Source: the human T2T-CHM13v2.0 reference genome, Homo sapiens. From it: DNA of 64,000 nt. Made by a program: the position numbers and the translations under genes. The DNA lies in assembly GCF_009914755.1 (NCBI RefSeq), contig NC_060931.1, one strand, 5' to 3'. This document shows positions 63,178 to 64,000 of the stretch, piece after piece; the first letter of the stretch is position 1, and each line of letters begins with the position of its first letter. The notes beneath the pieces are model-generated. The model did not search any database, was not told the origin of the DNA, and saw only the letters and a list, made by a program, of their open reading frames with translations.

Positions 63178-64000
63178 AAAATACAAATGGCAAACAGGCA
63201 TATGAAAATATGCTCAACATCATTGATCATCAGATAAATGCAAATCAAAACTACAATACAGTGTCATCTCACCTCAGTTAAAATGGCTTTTATTCAATAA
63301 CAAATGCAGTAATGTGGAGAAAAGGAAACCCTCATACACTGTTGGAGGAAATGTAAATTGATACAATTACTATGGAGAACACTTGAAGGTCCATCAAAAA
63401 AGTAAAAGTAGAGTCACCATACAATCCAGCAATCTCACTGCTGGGTATATGCTCATAAGAATGGAAATCAGTATATCGAAGAGATATCTGCACTGCCATG
63501 TTTATTGCAGGAGTGTTCATAATAGCTAAGATTTGGAAGTAACCTAGGTGTCCATCAACAGATGAATGGATAGGGAAAATGCTCTACTTATGCACAAGTA
63601 CTATTCAGTCATCAAATAGAATAATATCCTCTCATGTGCAACAATATGGATGGAATTGGAGATAATTACGTTAAATGAAATAAGCCAGGAACAGAGAGAG
63701 AAACTTTTCATGTTCTCACATACTTGGGGGATCTAGAAATTAGAACAATTGAACTTACGAAGATAGAGAATAGAAGGAGGGTTATCAAAGACTGGGAAGA
63801 GTAGTGGAAGGGAAGTTGTGAAGATGGTGAATGGATATAAAAAAAGAATTAGAAAGAATGAATAAGATCTAGCATCTGATAGCATAACACGGTGACTGTA
63901 GTCAAAATTATTTAATTGTACATTTTAAAATAACCAAAAATGTATAATTGGATTGTTTGTAAAACAAAAGAAAAATGCTTGAGACTATAGACACTCCATT
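63178..64000 (+). mobile_element. L1MA2/3 3' end (runs off window)
   Basis: atacaaatggcaaacaggcatatgaaa…gaaatcagtatatcgaagagatatctgcact…ttagaaagaatgaataagatctag…gtataattggattgtttgtaa. Confidence 0.88.

Noticed and set aside
53477-64000. Opposed L1MA2/3 copies as one inverted element
   Set aside because: The left copy has its own TSD and both contain the same 3' region, so they are independent insertions.

Overview
This is AT-rich, CpG-poor catarrhine primate genomic DNA, very probably human because AluY copies are present. It looks like a gene desert or a very large intron. I find no supportable protein-coding exon, RNA gene or CpG island. All listed ORFs are L1/Alu remnants, microsatellite read-through or chance ORFs. 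Roughly half of the window is recognisable transposon fossil: two 5'-inverted (twin-primed) L1PA insertions, L1PB/L1MA/L1MC/L1ME fragments, six Alus, L2/MIR, MaLR and ERVL LTRs, and the DNA transposons MER63, MER33, MER91, Charlie1 and MADE1, many of them nested with recoverable target-site duplications (TSDs). Subfamily names come from recalled consensus sequences, not a RepeatMasker run. I cannot support a new multi-gene system. The best leads are: (1) a candidate 79-nt + strand exon whose perfect U1-complementary donor (CAGGTAAGTAT) sits in the loop of an 11-14 bp hairpin, with a U1-mimic sequence just downstream (24050-24198); (2) a short interstitial telomeric array (57260-57319); (3) a strong CTCF motif in a motif-rich unique segment (4070-4424); (4) a bZIP motif cluster with a 28-bp palindrome (31106-31200); (5) a stuttered templated insertion inside an old L1 (35071-35280).
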